Shown here one piece after another: positions 25,176 through 32,773 of a stretch of DNA of 35,049 nucleotides. Source of the stretch: a bacterium (GTDB lineage: Bacteria; Patescibacteriota; Dojkabacteria; SC72). Position 1 is the stretch's first letter, and every line of letters starts with the position of its first letter. Location of the stretch: assembly GCA_021463465.1 (NCBI GenBank), contig JAJTYH010000003.1, positions 417,942 to 452,990 of the forward strand, in the 5' to 3' direction. Below the pieces are notes generated by a model that saw only the letters and a list, made by a program, of their open reading frames with translations, was not told the origin of the DNA and searched no databases. Both the position numbers and the translations under genes were made by a program.

Positions 25176-26258
25176 CTATTTTATTATTTGAATATTATCT
25201 TCTGCTTGTACTGCTTTGGTTTGTGGGAGGGTGTAGTGAGTGCCACGGCCGTTCCCTTTTTGTACTATATATCCTTTGTCCATTAATTCTTGTAAGTCTC
25301 TGAAAGCTGTCATAAAGGATATTCCCATCAATTTACTGTACTCGCGGCGAGTAATCTTCCCTTCAACTTCTAAGAACTCAATTGTTTTGAGCTGTCTTTG
25401 ATTAAATAACTGCTGCATCTGACCTACATTGGTAGCTTTGTTCTCATATACATCCTTGTAGAGGTTGGAAACAGCTGTGGTTGTAAGAGAAAGTGTGTAT
25501 AGATATGCCTCAATGAAAGCCGTTAAGTCACGTTTATTCTTACTTATCTTGTATGCGGCGATTAAATCTTCAGAAATGAAGTATATAGATTTAGCTAATG
25601 GGAGGAGATTTTTAGGGTTGTAACCATATGCTTTTAATGTGCATGCCAGTGAGAGTAGGGCAGTGATTTGGTTACCTGAATAAAAAGGTGCTTTATCTAT
25701 GTATTCATAGAGAAGGGTTGCTGTTTGAATAAGCTTGTTTACCTTTATTTTAGGATTATCAATCCAAGCATAAACCTCACTGAAGTGTTTTTTGGGATCA
25801 AGATTAGGAAAGAAATCACGATATTTATACCAAGTATCCAGAGTTTCATTTGGTTTATCAGAAAACCCTCTTAATTTTGAAATATCCCAATCATCCACAA
25901 TACCCTTCATTACAAGTTTATTGATATGGACGGAAAGATCAAAAGAGGGTTTAATGAAATTAGCAGGAGTATATGAGTCAATGAAGTCGTGGGTGCTACG
26001 ATAGTTGGTAAATATTCTTAGTTTAGGTTTAAGTGAAGGCATAATTCTACCTCTTTGTACATCCAAAGATTTACTGTATCCGATTGGGTATGCAATTAAT
26101 TCGCCAAGTTTGTCTATATCCTCTGCGTGCAATTTCTCGTAAACATGTTGAAAATTGGTATTTGGCAAATGTACGGAATTGACATGAGCAACTGCCAGCT
26201 CAATTTTAACTATGTAATTGAGTATAAGATGGGTTATGGTATATGAAGGTGAATACAT
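25176..26258 (-). CDS. Fic/DOC-family-like protein with degenerate active-site motif and C-terminal winged-helix domain
   Basis: The architecture and length match Fic_N-Fic-wHTH proteins. The C-terminal ITRREYSKLMGISFMTAFRDLQELMDKGYIVQKGNGRGTHYTL is wHTH-like. The position of HPFx[DE]GNGRxxR reads APFYSGNQITAL (aa 190-201, nt 25656-25691). Confidence 0.6.
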   Translation of the reverse strand: MYSPSYTITHLILNYIVKIELAVAHVNSVHLPNTNFQHVYEKLHAEDIDKLGELIAYPIGYSKSLDVQRGRIMPSLKPKLRIFTNYRSTHDFIDSYTPANFIKPSFDLSVHINKLVMKGIVDDWDISKLRGFSDKPNETLDTWYKYRDFFPNLDPKKHFSEVYAWIDNPKIKVNKLIQTATLLYEYIDKAPFYSGNQITALLSLACTLKAYGYNPKNLLPLAKSIYFISEDLIAAYKISKNKRDLTAFIEAYLYTLSLTTTAVSNLYKDVYENKATNVGQMQQLFNQRQLKTIEFLEVEGKITRREYSKLMGISFMTAFRDLQELMDKGYIVQKGNGRGTHYTLPQTKAVQAEDNIQIIK

Positions 26259-26274
26259 TGTTATTACTAATAAA

Positions 26275-26347
26275 AGCTGGTGGACAGGATTGAACTGTCG
26301 ACCTACTCTTTACGAAAGAGTTGCTCTACCAACTGAGCTACACCAGC
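26275..26347 (-). tRNA. tRNA-Thr(CGU): tRNA-Thr (anticodon CGT)
   Basis: Acceptor is GCTGGTG/CACCAGC, anticodon stem ACTCT/AGAGT with loop TTCGTAA, and T arm GACAG-TTCAATC-CTGTC. Confidence 0.9.
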
Positions 26348-26356
26348 ATGGTAGTT

Positions 26357-26384
26357 ATTGTAACATAGATGTTATGATTTTCAA
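26357..26384 (-). promoter_or_regulatory. Putative sigma70-type promoter for tRNA-Thr (and downstream Fic-like/gatBCA genes)
   Basis: On the minus strand: TTGAAA (26384-26379), a 16-nt spacer, then TACAAT (26362-26357). This lies ~10 nt upstream of the tRNA-Thr 5' end. Confidence 0.45.
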
Positions 26385-26467
26385 TTGATTAGAAGCTTTT
26401 AGGCCAGTCCAAAATTGACTCACCTCCGCGTCGCCCTGTAAGGTTTTTATTTCGTAACCCTTTAATT

Positions 26468-27211
26468 TTATTTCAAGCTAATACGTTGCTTTCTTGGAAC
26501 TACTATTACCATCCCGGCATTCCAAACCTGATTTTTTGGGCAAACACTATACTTATCCAAAAGTAGCTCATCTGATAAATAGCAGTACCGTACCTGCTCA
26601 TATCCTTTATGGCCGATTGCTGAATAACCCCACGGATTAGCGTCTTTCTCCCATTGATTGTCAATGGTGGCAAACAACTTCTTTCCTTTATGTGTGAAAG
26701 ATTGTGTAAAAAGTACATAGTGAGCCCCTTCCCACATGTTAGTGTCATCGTAATAGTCGCGAATTGTCTTTCCATAATTAGCCCAGATTGAAGCAATTAC
26801 TAAATTGTCTTTAAGTAGTTTTTCAATTTGATGGCTGCTTTTAATGTTTTTGTTGTAGGACTTAATACCAAATTCGTTTAGTGTCGCCATCGACTCTTCG
26901 TCACCTAAGCCGTCATACCCGTACCCGTATTTAATTGCAACTTTTTCTATATCAGCTACCTCGTAATTCTTTTTGGTAACAGCCTTAACGACATAAGTCA
27001 TAACAGCTAATGAGCAGCCTGATGTGACATATAGGGAGGGACGATAAAAAGTTTTTGAAGGTAAATTTTCTGTTAGTCTTCTCTTATTTAATGCGAGCAA
27101 GTCAGGAATATGTTGCCCTCGTCTCATATATATGTTCTTAGTTAAGACCTCGTCGGTAATGAGAAAGTCGCCAGCTTTACCTTTTAGTTTTGTGTGAAGG
27201 TTGGTAATCAT
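26468..27211 (-). CDS. Papain-fold cysteine peptidase-like protein (C39-like/YvpB-like), no signal peptide
   Basis: The candidate nucleophile context VTSGCSLAVMTYVV resembles the C39_2 pattern TGCxxTSLxMVL. The candidate His is in WEGAHYVLF. This is motif-level recognition only. Confidence 0.5.
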   Translation of the reverse strand: MITNLHTKLKGKAGDFLITDEVLTKNIYMRRGQHIPDLLALNKRRLTENLPSKTFYRPSLYVTSGCSLAVMTYVVKAVTKKNYEVADIEKVAIKYGYGYDGLGDEESMATLNEFGIKSYNKNIKSSHQIEKLLKDNLVIASIWANYGKTIRDYYDDTNMWEGAHYVLFTQSFTHKGKKLFATIDNQWEKDANPWGYSAIGHKGYEQVRYCYLSDELLLDKYSVCPKNQVWNAGMVIVVPRKQRISLK

Positions 27212-27238
27212 ATGCGGGAATTGAGTAGTATTCCTTTT

Positions 27239-27247
27239 ATTATAACA
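27239..27247 (-). promoter_or_regulatory. Putative extended -10 element (TGTTATAAT) upstream of the C39-like gene
   Basis: The reverse complement of 27239-27247 is TGTTATAAT, 28 nt upstream of the ATG at 27211. Confidence 0.3.
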
Positions 27248-27281
27248 CTTTTATCAAAAGAAAAAGAACAGGGGGCAAAAA

Positions 27282-27355
27282 AGCGAAAGACGGGACTCGA
27301 ACCCGCAACCTTCTCCTTGGGAAGGAGACATTCTAACCAATTGAACTACTCTCGC
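27282..27355 (-). tRNA. tRNA-Gly(CCC): tRNA-Gly (anticodon CCC)
   Basis: Acceptor is GCGAGAG/CTTTCGC with one G-U pair. Anticodon stem is TCTCC/GGAGA with loop TTCCCAA, and T arm GCGGG-TTCGAGT-CCCGT. Confidence 0.9.
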
Positions 27356-27357
27356 AC

Positions 27358-27684
27358 TGTTTTTAGTCTATCACAAAGGGATTTTAATTAGTAGTACACG
27401 CTATAGACCGAAGCTGATTTAAAATCAACTCGGAATAGAGTGGAAATGAGAAAAAAGCTAATGATGTGAGAGATATTGCGGAATAACCATGATATGCCCT
27501 CAAGCATTTATATGGTGCTAGGGTGAAGGTGGATTAATCCCTAATGACATGAGTGGATTAAAATCAGTAGCTTTTTGGGAAGAGTGAGAAAGTGAGTATT
27601 TATATGCAACCCTGGCATCGCTAGATGAAAGACTATCTAACCTTTTATTCTATGAGTATGTTTGGATCGTAAATCAAAAAAACA
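27358..27684 (+). ncRNA. Candidate structured ncRNA; RNase P RNA-like sequence islands but non-canonical
   Basis: The 409-bp gap (27356-27764) has no ORF longer than ~39 codons on either strand. Plus-strand islands are GAAGCTGA (27410), CTAGGGTGAAGGTGG (27519) and GCTAGATGAAAGACT (27620). They occur in the order found in bacterial RNase P RNA as I recall E. coli M1. Canonical GAGGAAAGUCC is absent. The boundaries are guesses. Confidence 0.3.
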
Positions 27685-27764
27685 AACATGAAATCAACAC
27701 AATGCTAACCAATCCGTTTTACCCTTATCATAGATTACTAGGTCAAATCGAAGATTCGCTCCAT

Positions 27765-28139
27765 TTAAGCTACTTCGCCTGCCCAAGCTTTCTTGACTTT
27801 ATTCCAATCTCGTTTAAGTTGTGATGTAAGTCGTGTAGCGACTTCTCCAGCTACCTTACCATCATTCTTAAGCTCATCCACAACTTCTTTTACCATCTCT
27901 AGGTACTTTTTCTCGTCTAAACGTTTTCCAACGGTTTTAAGGGCTAATGCCTTCTCGTAAACCATATCCATAGCATCCTCGTACATATCAGCGGCTTTCT
28001 CTGCCCATTGCTTCGCTAACCTATGAAGATCCTTTCGAGTCTCTTCGCCAGCTTTAGGTGCAAGTAAAACACCCGCTACAGCTCCCACCAATGCTCCAAC
28101 TAAAGCACCTTTAACAAATGATCCAAAATTATCTGTCAT
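27765..28139 (-). CDS. YtxH-domain (general-stress-like) protein
   Basis: It has an N-terminal Gly/Ala-rich hydrophobic segment, GALVGALVGAVAGVLLAPKAGEETRKDL. A long charged helical region follows, which is typical of YtxH. Confidence 0.8.
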   Translation of the reverse strand: MTDNFGSFVKGALVGALVGAVAGVLLAPKAGEETRKDLHRLAKQWAEKAADMYEDAMDMVYEKALALKTVGKRLDEKKYLEMVKEVVDELKNDGKVAGEVATRLTSQLKRDWNKVKKAWAGEVA

Positions 28140-28184
28140 ATTTATGAAAGATTAACTTAATATATTTCATACTACACATTGTAA

Positions 28185-28826
28185 ATGATATTATCAAGCA
28201 TGGTTTTTCCAACAATAGCATTAGAAAAGAAACTGTGGAGTAGTGGTTTTTTAAATGTTGCGGGGTTGGATGAAGCAGGAAGAGGTCCTTTTGCAGGACC
28301 AGTAGTTGCTGCTGCCGTCGTAATTCATAAACCTGAACAGATAGTTGATGGCGTTACGGATAGCAAAATGATGAGTAAAAAGGCTAGGGAAAGGGCATTT
28401 AATCTGATAAAAACTAATTCTAGTGGATATGGAATTGGTGTAGTGGAAAGCTATGAAATTGATGCGCTAGGCTTACAACGTGCAGTGAAAAAAGCTATGA
28501 TTTTAGCGTTAAACCAGACAAAGTTGAAATTGAATGCCCTTCATTATTTAATTGTTGATGGAAAAAATGTTTCAAACATTGAAGGTTATAAAATGTATAA
28601 GGTGGACAAAGGTGATAGCCTTCACTACAGTATTGCTGCAGCATCAGTTATTGCAAAAGTTACAAGAGACAAAATTATGCGTGAATACGCTGTTAAATAC
28701 CCCTGCTACGGCTTTGAACTTCATGTTGGTTATGGCACTAAGGCTCATATTGAGGCAATAAATAAATACGGAATTTGTGAAATTCATCGAAAATCATTTG
28801 CTCCTATTAAGAAATTTGTAATATAA
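28185..28826 (+). CDS. rnhB: Ribonuclease HII
   Basis: GLDEAGRGPFAGPVVAAAVV (DEAGRG catalytic motif), DGKN…KGDS…IAAASVIAK. The true start may be the internal ATG at 28200. Confidence 0.93.
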   Translation: MILSSMVFPTIALEKKLWSSGFLNVAGLDEAGRGPFAGPVVAAAVVIHKPEQIVDGVTDSKMMSKKARERAFNLIKTNSSGYGIGVVESYEIDALGLQRAVKKAMILALNQTKLKLNALHYLIVDGKNVSNIEGYKMYKVDKGDSLHYSIAAASVIAKVTRDKIMREYAVKYPCYGFELHVGYGTKAHIEAINKYGICEIHRKSFAPIKKFVI

Positions 28827-28841
28827 TACGAAGTTTGATGT

Positions 28842-28917
28842 GGGGCGCTAGCTCATCCGGTAGAGCAAATGGCTTTTAACCATTTGGTGCGGGGTTCGAG
28901 TCCCCGGCGCCTCACCA
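28842..28917 (+). tRNA. tRNA-Lys(UUU): tRNA-Lys (anticodon TTT), CCA encoded
   Basis: Acceptor is GGGGCGC/GCGCCTC with one G-U pair. Anticodon stem is AATGG/CCATT with loop CTTTTAA, and T arm CGGGG-TTCGAGT-CCCCG. Discriminator A is followed by CCA. Confidence 0.9.
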
Positions 28918-28925
28918 ATTATGAT
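28916..28925 (+). repeat. 10-bp direct repeat copy 1 (CAATTATGAT), overlapping the CCA end of tRNA-Lys
   Basis: The identical 10-mer recurs at 29202-29211. Confidence 0.5.
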
Positions 28926-29201
28926 TTTTAGCCTGTAACTTTTCTTCTGTTGATAGTGTTGTGAGTCAGTAATATATCGAATTAAAAGGTACTTTCATCT
29001 CAAACTTAAACACATTTGGAATCATGTGTACTCCTTACCTCAAAAAATACTATCTTAATGGCCTCAAGTTCATTCTGTTTTTTATTACGAATTAGTAAAT
29101 ATGAGGCGAATTGCTCAATAGAGTGGAGCCAACACCGTTGGGTATTAAGTAAAGATACTTCGATTAAAATCCTAAAAGCTCTTGCTAAAGCATTATTAAA
29201 T

Positions 29202-29211
29202 CAATTATGAT
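29202..29211 (+). repeat. 10-bp direct repeat copy 2 (CAATTATGAT)
   Basis: It is identical to 28916-28925 and lies ~20 nt upstream of the oxidoreductase ATG. Confidence 0.5.
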
Positions 29212-29231
29212 AGTAAATCAAAAGAAAGCTT

Positions 29232-30305
29232 ATGAAAACTACCAGGAATAACATAACTACCCCACTGAGTTTTTGTGTAATAGGCTGTGGAAATGTGTTC
29301 AAGAAATACTGGTTCAAAGCTCTAGCAGCAAATCAGGTGAAGGTTGACAGAGTGATTAGTCTTGAAGAGCCTGAACAATTTGAGTCAAGCTTCCCCTCGC
29401 TTAGGCATGCATATTTGAAGTCAAATGATATAGAGCACACCTTCAGCTCGATACCGTTGGAAGGTGATTTCGATGCAATAGCGCTGTTAATACCCTCGCA
29501 TCTAAAGTGTCAGCTGGTTAAGAAAGTTTTGGATACGAGAGCTTTTGATAATAAAAAAGTTTTTATTGAAAAACCTTATTATATTGACGAAGCTGACCTC
29601 CAGGTCTATAAAAATCTCATAGAATCTTATGGTAATCGTTTGTACTTCTCCTCAAAATATGCATTCAGTAGGGCTGATATTTTCATCAGTTCACTTGTTA
29701 AAGAAGAAGGCCTACCTCATAAATTTATTATTAGGATGTTTGAAGGCCACAAGTACTATGGTTCTGTTATGGAACAGTTGAAAATCTTTAAACGGCACTT
29801 ATATTTGCAAGAAGGACCTGAATTAGATTTAGGGTTCCATATGATTAACATCGTACTCAAATTTATTAGTGCCCTTCCAGATGTTGAGTTGAAAAGTTGT
29901 GCCATTGAATCATGTAGTGATTTATCCACCAAATTTAAATTTTTCAATCAGGGTTTTGGTTTTGGGGCCAAACTCACGATACACCTAGACAAGAATAGAG
30001 CTATTCCAGTTGAGCTTGAAGTAGGAAAGGCTTCATGTGACGACGAAAGATACATTATTGCTGACTACGGAACTCACCAAGTTAAGCAATTGTATACTAC
30101 GAGTAATGCTAGTGACCCAGTTGAGCGAATAAAAAACGGTAAGTCCCAGGTTATAGCTACACACGCCCCTGATTATTTGTACTACTCAAACGAACTACTA
30201 CCTCAAAACTTTGGTAAACAATCAAAAAACGAGCAATTCTTGCAACTGCACACTAACAAGATATGTTTAGACTTAAAAGAAACTCGTTTGAGAACTGGGT
30301 CCTAA
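29232..30305 (+). CDS. Gfo/Idh/MocA-family-like NAD(P)-dependent oxidoreductase (divergent)
   Basis: It has an N-terminal Rossmann-type FCVIGCGNVFKKYW and the family EKP motif in VFIEKPYY. The remainder was not recognisable. Confidence 0.6.
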   Translation: MKTTRNNITTPLSFCVIGCGNVFKKYWFKALAANQVKVDRVISLEEPEQFESSFPSLRHAYLKSNDIEHTFSSIPLEGDFDAIALLIPSHLKCQLVKKVLDTRAFDNKKVFIEKPYYIDEADLQVYKNLIESYGNRLYFSSKYAFSRADIFISSLVKEEGLPHKFIIRMFEGHKYYGSVMEQLKIFKRHLYLQEGPELDLGFHMINIVLKFISALPDVELKSCAIESCSDLSTKFKFFNQGFGFGAKLTIHLDKNRAIPVELEVGKASCDDERYIIADYGTHQVKQLYTTSNASDPVERIKNGKSQVIATHAPDYLYYSNELLPQNFGKQSKNEQFLQLHTNKICLDLKETRLRTGS

Positions 30306-30405
30306 GCTTATAATTATTGTCAACTAAGCATAGATTTCTTTGCTATCTACTTTTTATGCGATACAAATATCATCATGATATGGCATTGTTAAGTCATGAA
30401 AAACA

Positions 30406-31422
30406 TTACTTAATTGGTAAAAGACAAATCTCCTTCAGGTGACTATTTAAACCAACGTTGCTTAGTAATTTCCTTTGAAGGTTTAAAAGATACTGTGAAG
30501 TCTTAGGAAAAGTTTTTTTGATGTACTCTGAGTACTCTTTTGAATCGTAAAATGATTTTAAATCGCTATTTTTAAGAGCATTACTTGGCCATTCTCCAAA
30601 TTCATTTGAAAGTCCTAAAAATAAGTTCGCTGCACCGCTTTCTGAATCTTCAAGAATTCCTAAAAAATCATTTTTAATTTGATGTGCCTTTTTTGCTTGG
30701 ATATACGCTTTTCTAGCTTTTGCAAATCCTACCGTTTTAATTAATGATACACTAGACATATCAAACATAAGACCTCCGTGTGATGCATGTATTCCCAGCT
30801 TTGCCGATTTAACAAGTTTTATGTTTCGGTTAACATTCTTGCTTGGTAGGTTTAAACTAATGTTAATGGTATAAGTCATTAATCGGTTTAAACTTTTAGA
30901 CAATTGATTCCTCTCTTCGATGGTTTTATAAATCCCGGGATCATTTATAATTTGCCTTAACAAATTAGTGAGTTGAGCAATTGTATATTCGTTTTCAAAG
31001 TTATCAACATTTGGAATAATTATATGTGATTCATAAATTTTTTCGATAAAGTCTTTATTGCTGAGTTCGTTACGATCAAACTCAGCCATATTCATGTCAT
31101 AGATATGATCAATTGCTGCGTACCACCTCCGCATAAAGTCTTGCATTATTCGATGTACAGGGTTTAGAGAGTTAAAAGTCCCTGGTCCGAAGTCTCTTTC
31201 TATTACACATTTATTTACTTGTTCCATAAACAAAGGGAACTCTGTATTTGGTCGACGAGCTGCGACATTTAAGATTGTTTCAATATCACTGTGTGTGTAG
31301 TTTGTCGCAAATGGTTTTAATGCTTCGGAATAATTTATAGCTTCAGGAACCAGCCCAACATCTATACCCTGAGGGGCCTGAATCTCTGAAAATCTTAGGG
31401 TAGGGGTAGAATATTTTTTCAT
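30406..31422 (-). CDS. Hypothetical protein (338 aa, no family recognised)
   Basis: It is a long clean ORF, 10 nt downstream of and co-directional with the methyltransferase gene. It is soluble, with no TM helix or signal peptide, and very AT-rich. Confidence 0.55.
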   Translation of the reverse strand: MKKYSTPTLRFSEIQAPQGIDVGLVPEAINYSEALKPFATNYTHSDIETILNVAARRPNTEFPLFMEQVNKCVIERDFGPGTFNSLNPVHRIMQDFMRRWYAAIDHIYDMNMAEFDRNELSNKDFIEKIYESHIIIPNVDNFENEYTIAQLTNLLRQIINDPGIYKTIEERNQLSKSLNRLMTYTINISLNLPSKNVNRNIKLVKSAKLGIHASHGGLMFDMSSVSLIKTVGFAKARKAYIQAKKAHQIKNDFLGILEDSESGAANLFLGLSNEFGEWPSNALKNSDLKSFYDSKEYSEYIKKTFPKTSQYLLNLQRKLLSNVGLNSHLKEICLLPIK

Positions 31423-31432
31423 AACTCTAAAT

Positions 31433-32149
31433 TTACCTTTTCTTCTTAAATAAACAAGTTAAATAAATTCTAGAAAATTCTCCGCTGAAAGCCTTTGTCA
31501 CAGTTTGATACTCTTCAAACTCGATTAACTCTAAAGGTGCAAAAGACATCTTTAATTCTTCCAAAGTAAAAGCTTTCTCAGTGATAACATCTCCTGCATA
31601 TTCAAAACGATATGAGTTTGGCTCTACTCCAGGGTTTTTCCTTTTAAGCTCAATTACAGCTGGACTGTTTGCCATAAGAGTAAATATTAGGTAGTGTCCA
31701 TTAGGTTTAAGTAACCTTTTAATATGAGAGATGGTTTTAATTCTAGTATCCAGGGTAAGTGAATGTAGTACTGTCATATCTATTATTAAGTCAAACTTTT
31801 GGTCTACTGAGTCCAAAGCATCAGCTATGTCCTTGGCAATGTATTCTATAGCACCTTGCTTGGGATTGTTTCTTTGCTCTTTCTTAGCGATGCCAATTGC
31901 GGTTTCAGAGAGGTCAATTGCAAGAACTTTTTTGTAACCATGCTGTAGCAGATATACTGAATTTCTGCCGTTACCGCAACCTAAATCTAACGCACTATCC
32001 TTGACTAAATTTGGGTATTTCTCTATGAAACGCCTCAAAGATGAAGAAGGATTTAAAGTATTGGAAGAAGGTAATGCTTTTCTTTCTTGATACTCCTTTT
32101 CCCAAATTTTTTTACGGTATTCAAGCGAATCGTAGTCCGCATTATTCAT
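31433..32149 (-). CDS. Class I SAM-dependent methyltransferase (small-molecule/TehB-like type)
   Basis: Motif I is ALDLGCGNGRNSVYL, with acidic post-I AIDLS and later FDLIIDMTVLHSL. There is no DNA-methylase (D/N)PP(Y/F) motif. Confidence 0.8.
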   Translation of the reverse strand: MNNADYDSLEYRKKIWEKEYQERKALPSSNTLNPSSSLRRFIEKYPNLVKDSALDLGCGNGRNSVYLLQHGYKKVLAIDLSETAIGIAKKEQRNNPKQGAIEYIAKDIADALDSVDQKFDLIIDMTVLHSLTLDTRIKTISHIKRLLKPNGHYLIFTLMANSPAVIELKRKNPGVEPNSYRFEYAGDVITEKAFTLEELKMSFAPLELIEFEEYQTVTKAFSGEFSRIYLTCLFKKKR

Positions 32150-32245
32150 TGTCGTAGTTTACCTTGTACAACGCTACTTTAAAAGGACAACTGTGACATA
32201 CTTTGATATATACTTAGTACAACTAAGCTAGCCCAGTGTACATCC

Positions 32246-32773
32246 GTGCAAAATTCGCTCGTTAAAAGATACTTGAAAGGTAAAAGAAAAGAGGATTTCG
32301 CCTTGGTTTATCGTAAATATATTAATGGAGTATATCGATTTGTCTACTCCAGGACTTACGACCGGGAGATTACAGAAGAAGTGGTGAGTGATACCTTTTT
32401 CGCACTAATTGAGGCAATTGAAAAGTATAATTTCAGATCAAAATTCGAAACTTTTCTTTTCGGGATAGCACAAAATAAGTTGAGGCAGGTTTGGAGAAAA
32501 AACTCTCAAATCAAGACAGTTGTTTTGGATGAGGAATATCATCAAGAGACCCCTCAAAAATCCTCTAATCGGCGCAAACTGTATCTGAAAACTGTGAAAG
32601 CGCTAGAAGTACTGCCTAAAAGATACATTGAGATTGTAACCTTAAGGTTCTTGCAAATGGAAAGTATTAAATCAGTAGCAAAAAAGTTAAATCTGAGCGC
32701 AAGTAATGTGACCACAATACAAAACCGAGCAATAACAAGATTAAAGACGCTTTTAAATGAGAAAAAAAGTTGA
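32246..32773 (+). CDS. ECF-type (group 4) sigma-70 family RNA polymerase sigma factor
   Basis: 175 aa with a GTG start. The region 2-like segment is YRFVYSRTYDREITEEVVSDTFFALIEAIEKY. The region 4 HTH is LPKRYIEIVTLRFLQMESIKSVAKKLNLSASNVTTIQNRAITRLK. Confidence 0.85.
   Translation: MQNSLVKRYLKGKRKEDFALVYRKYINGVYRFVYSRTYDREITEEVVSDTFFALIEAIEKYNFRSKFETFLFGIAQNKLRQVWRKNSQIKTVVLDEEYHQETPQKSSNRRKLYLKTVKALEVLPKRYIEIVTLRFLQMESIKSVAKKLNLSASNVTTIQNRAITRLKTLLNEKKS

Noticed and set aside
28140-28184. Divergent gene-orientation switch points (10951-11110 and 28140-28184) as possible replication origins near parAB.
   Set aside because: No DnaA-box clusters (TTATCCACA-like) or dnaA/dnaN genes are present. 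The spacers are only 45 and 160 bp.
29016-29210. A 64-codon ORF in the gap after tRNA-Lys.
   Set aside because: It has a TTG start, no ribosome-binding context and no recognisable motif, and it lies in AT-rich intergenic DNA. It cannot be supported as a gene.
30406-31422. The sequence YTHSDIET in the 338-aa orphan resembles the WHSDFETWH iron-binding signature of ectoine hydroxylase / PhyH dioxygenases.
   Set aside because: The motif sits only ~44 aa from the N-terminus, too early for a jelly-roll core. I cannot identify the distal His/Arg motifs. The match is too weak to call.
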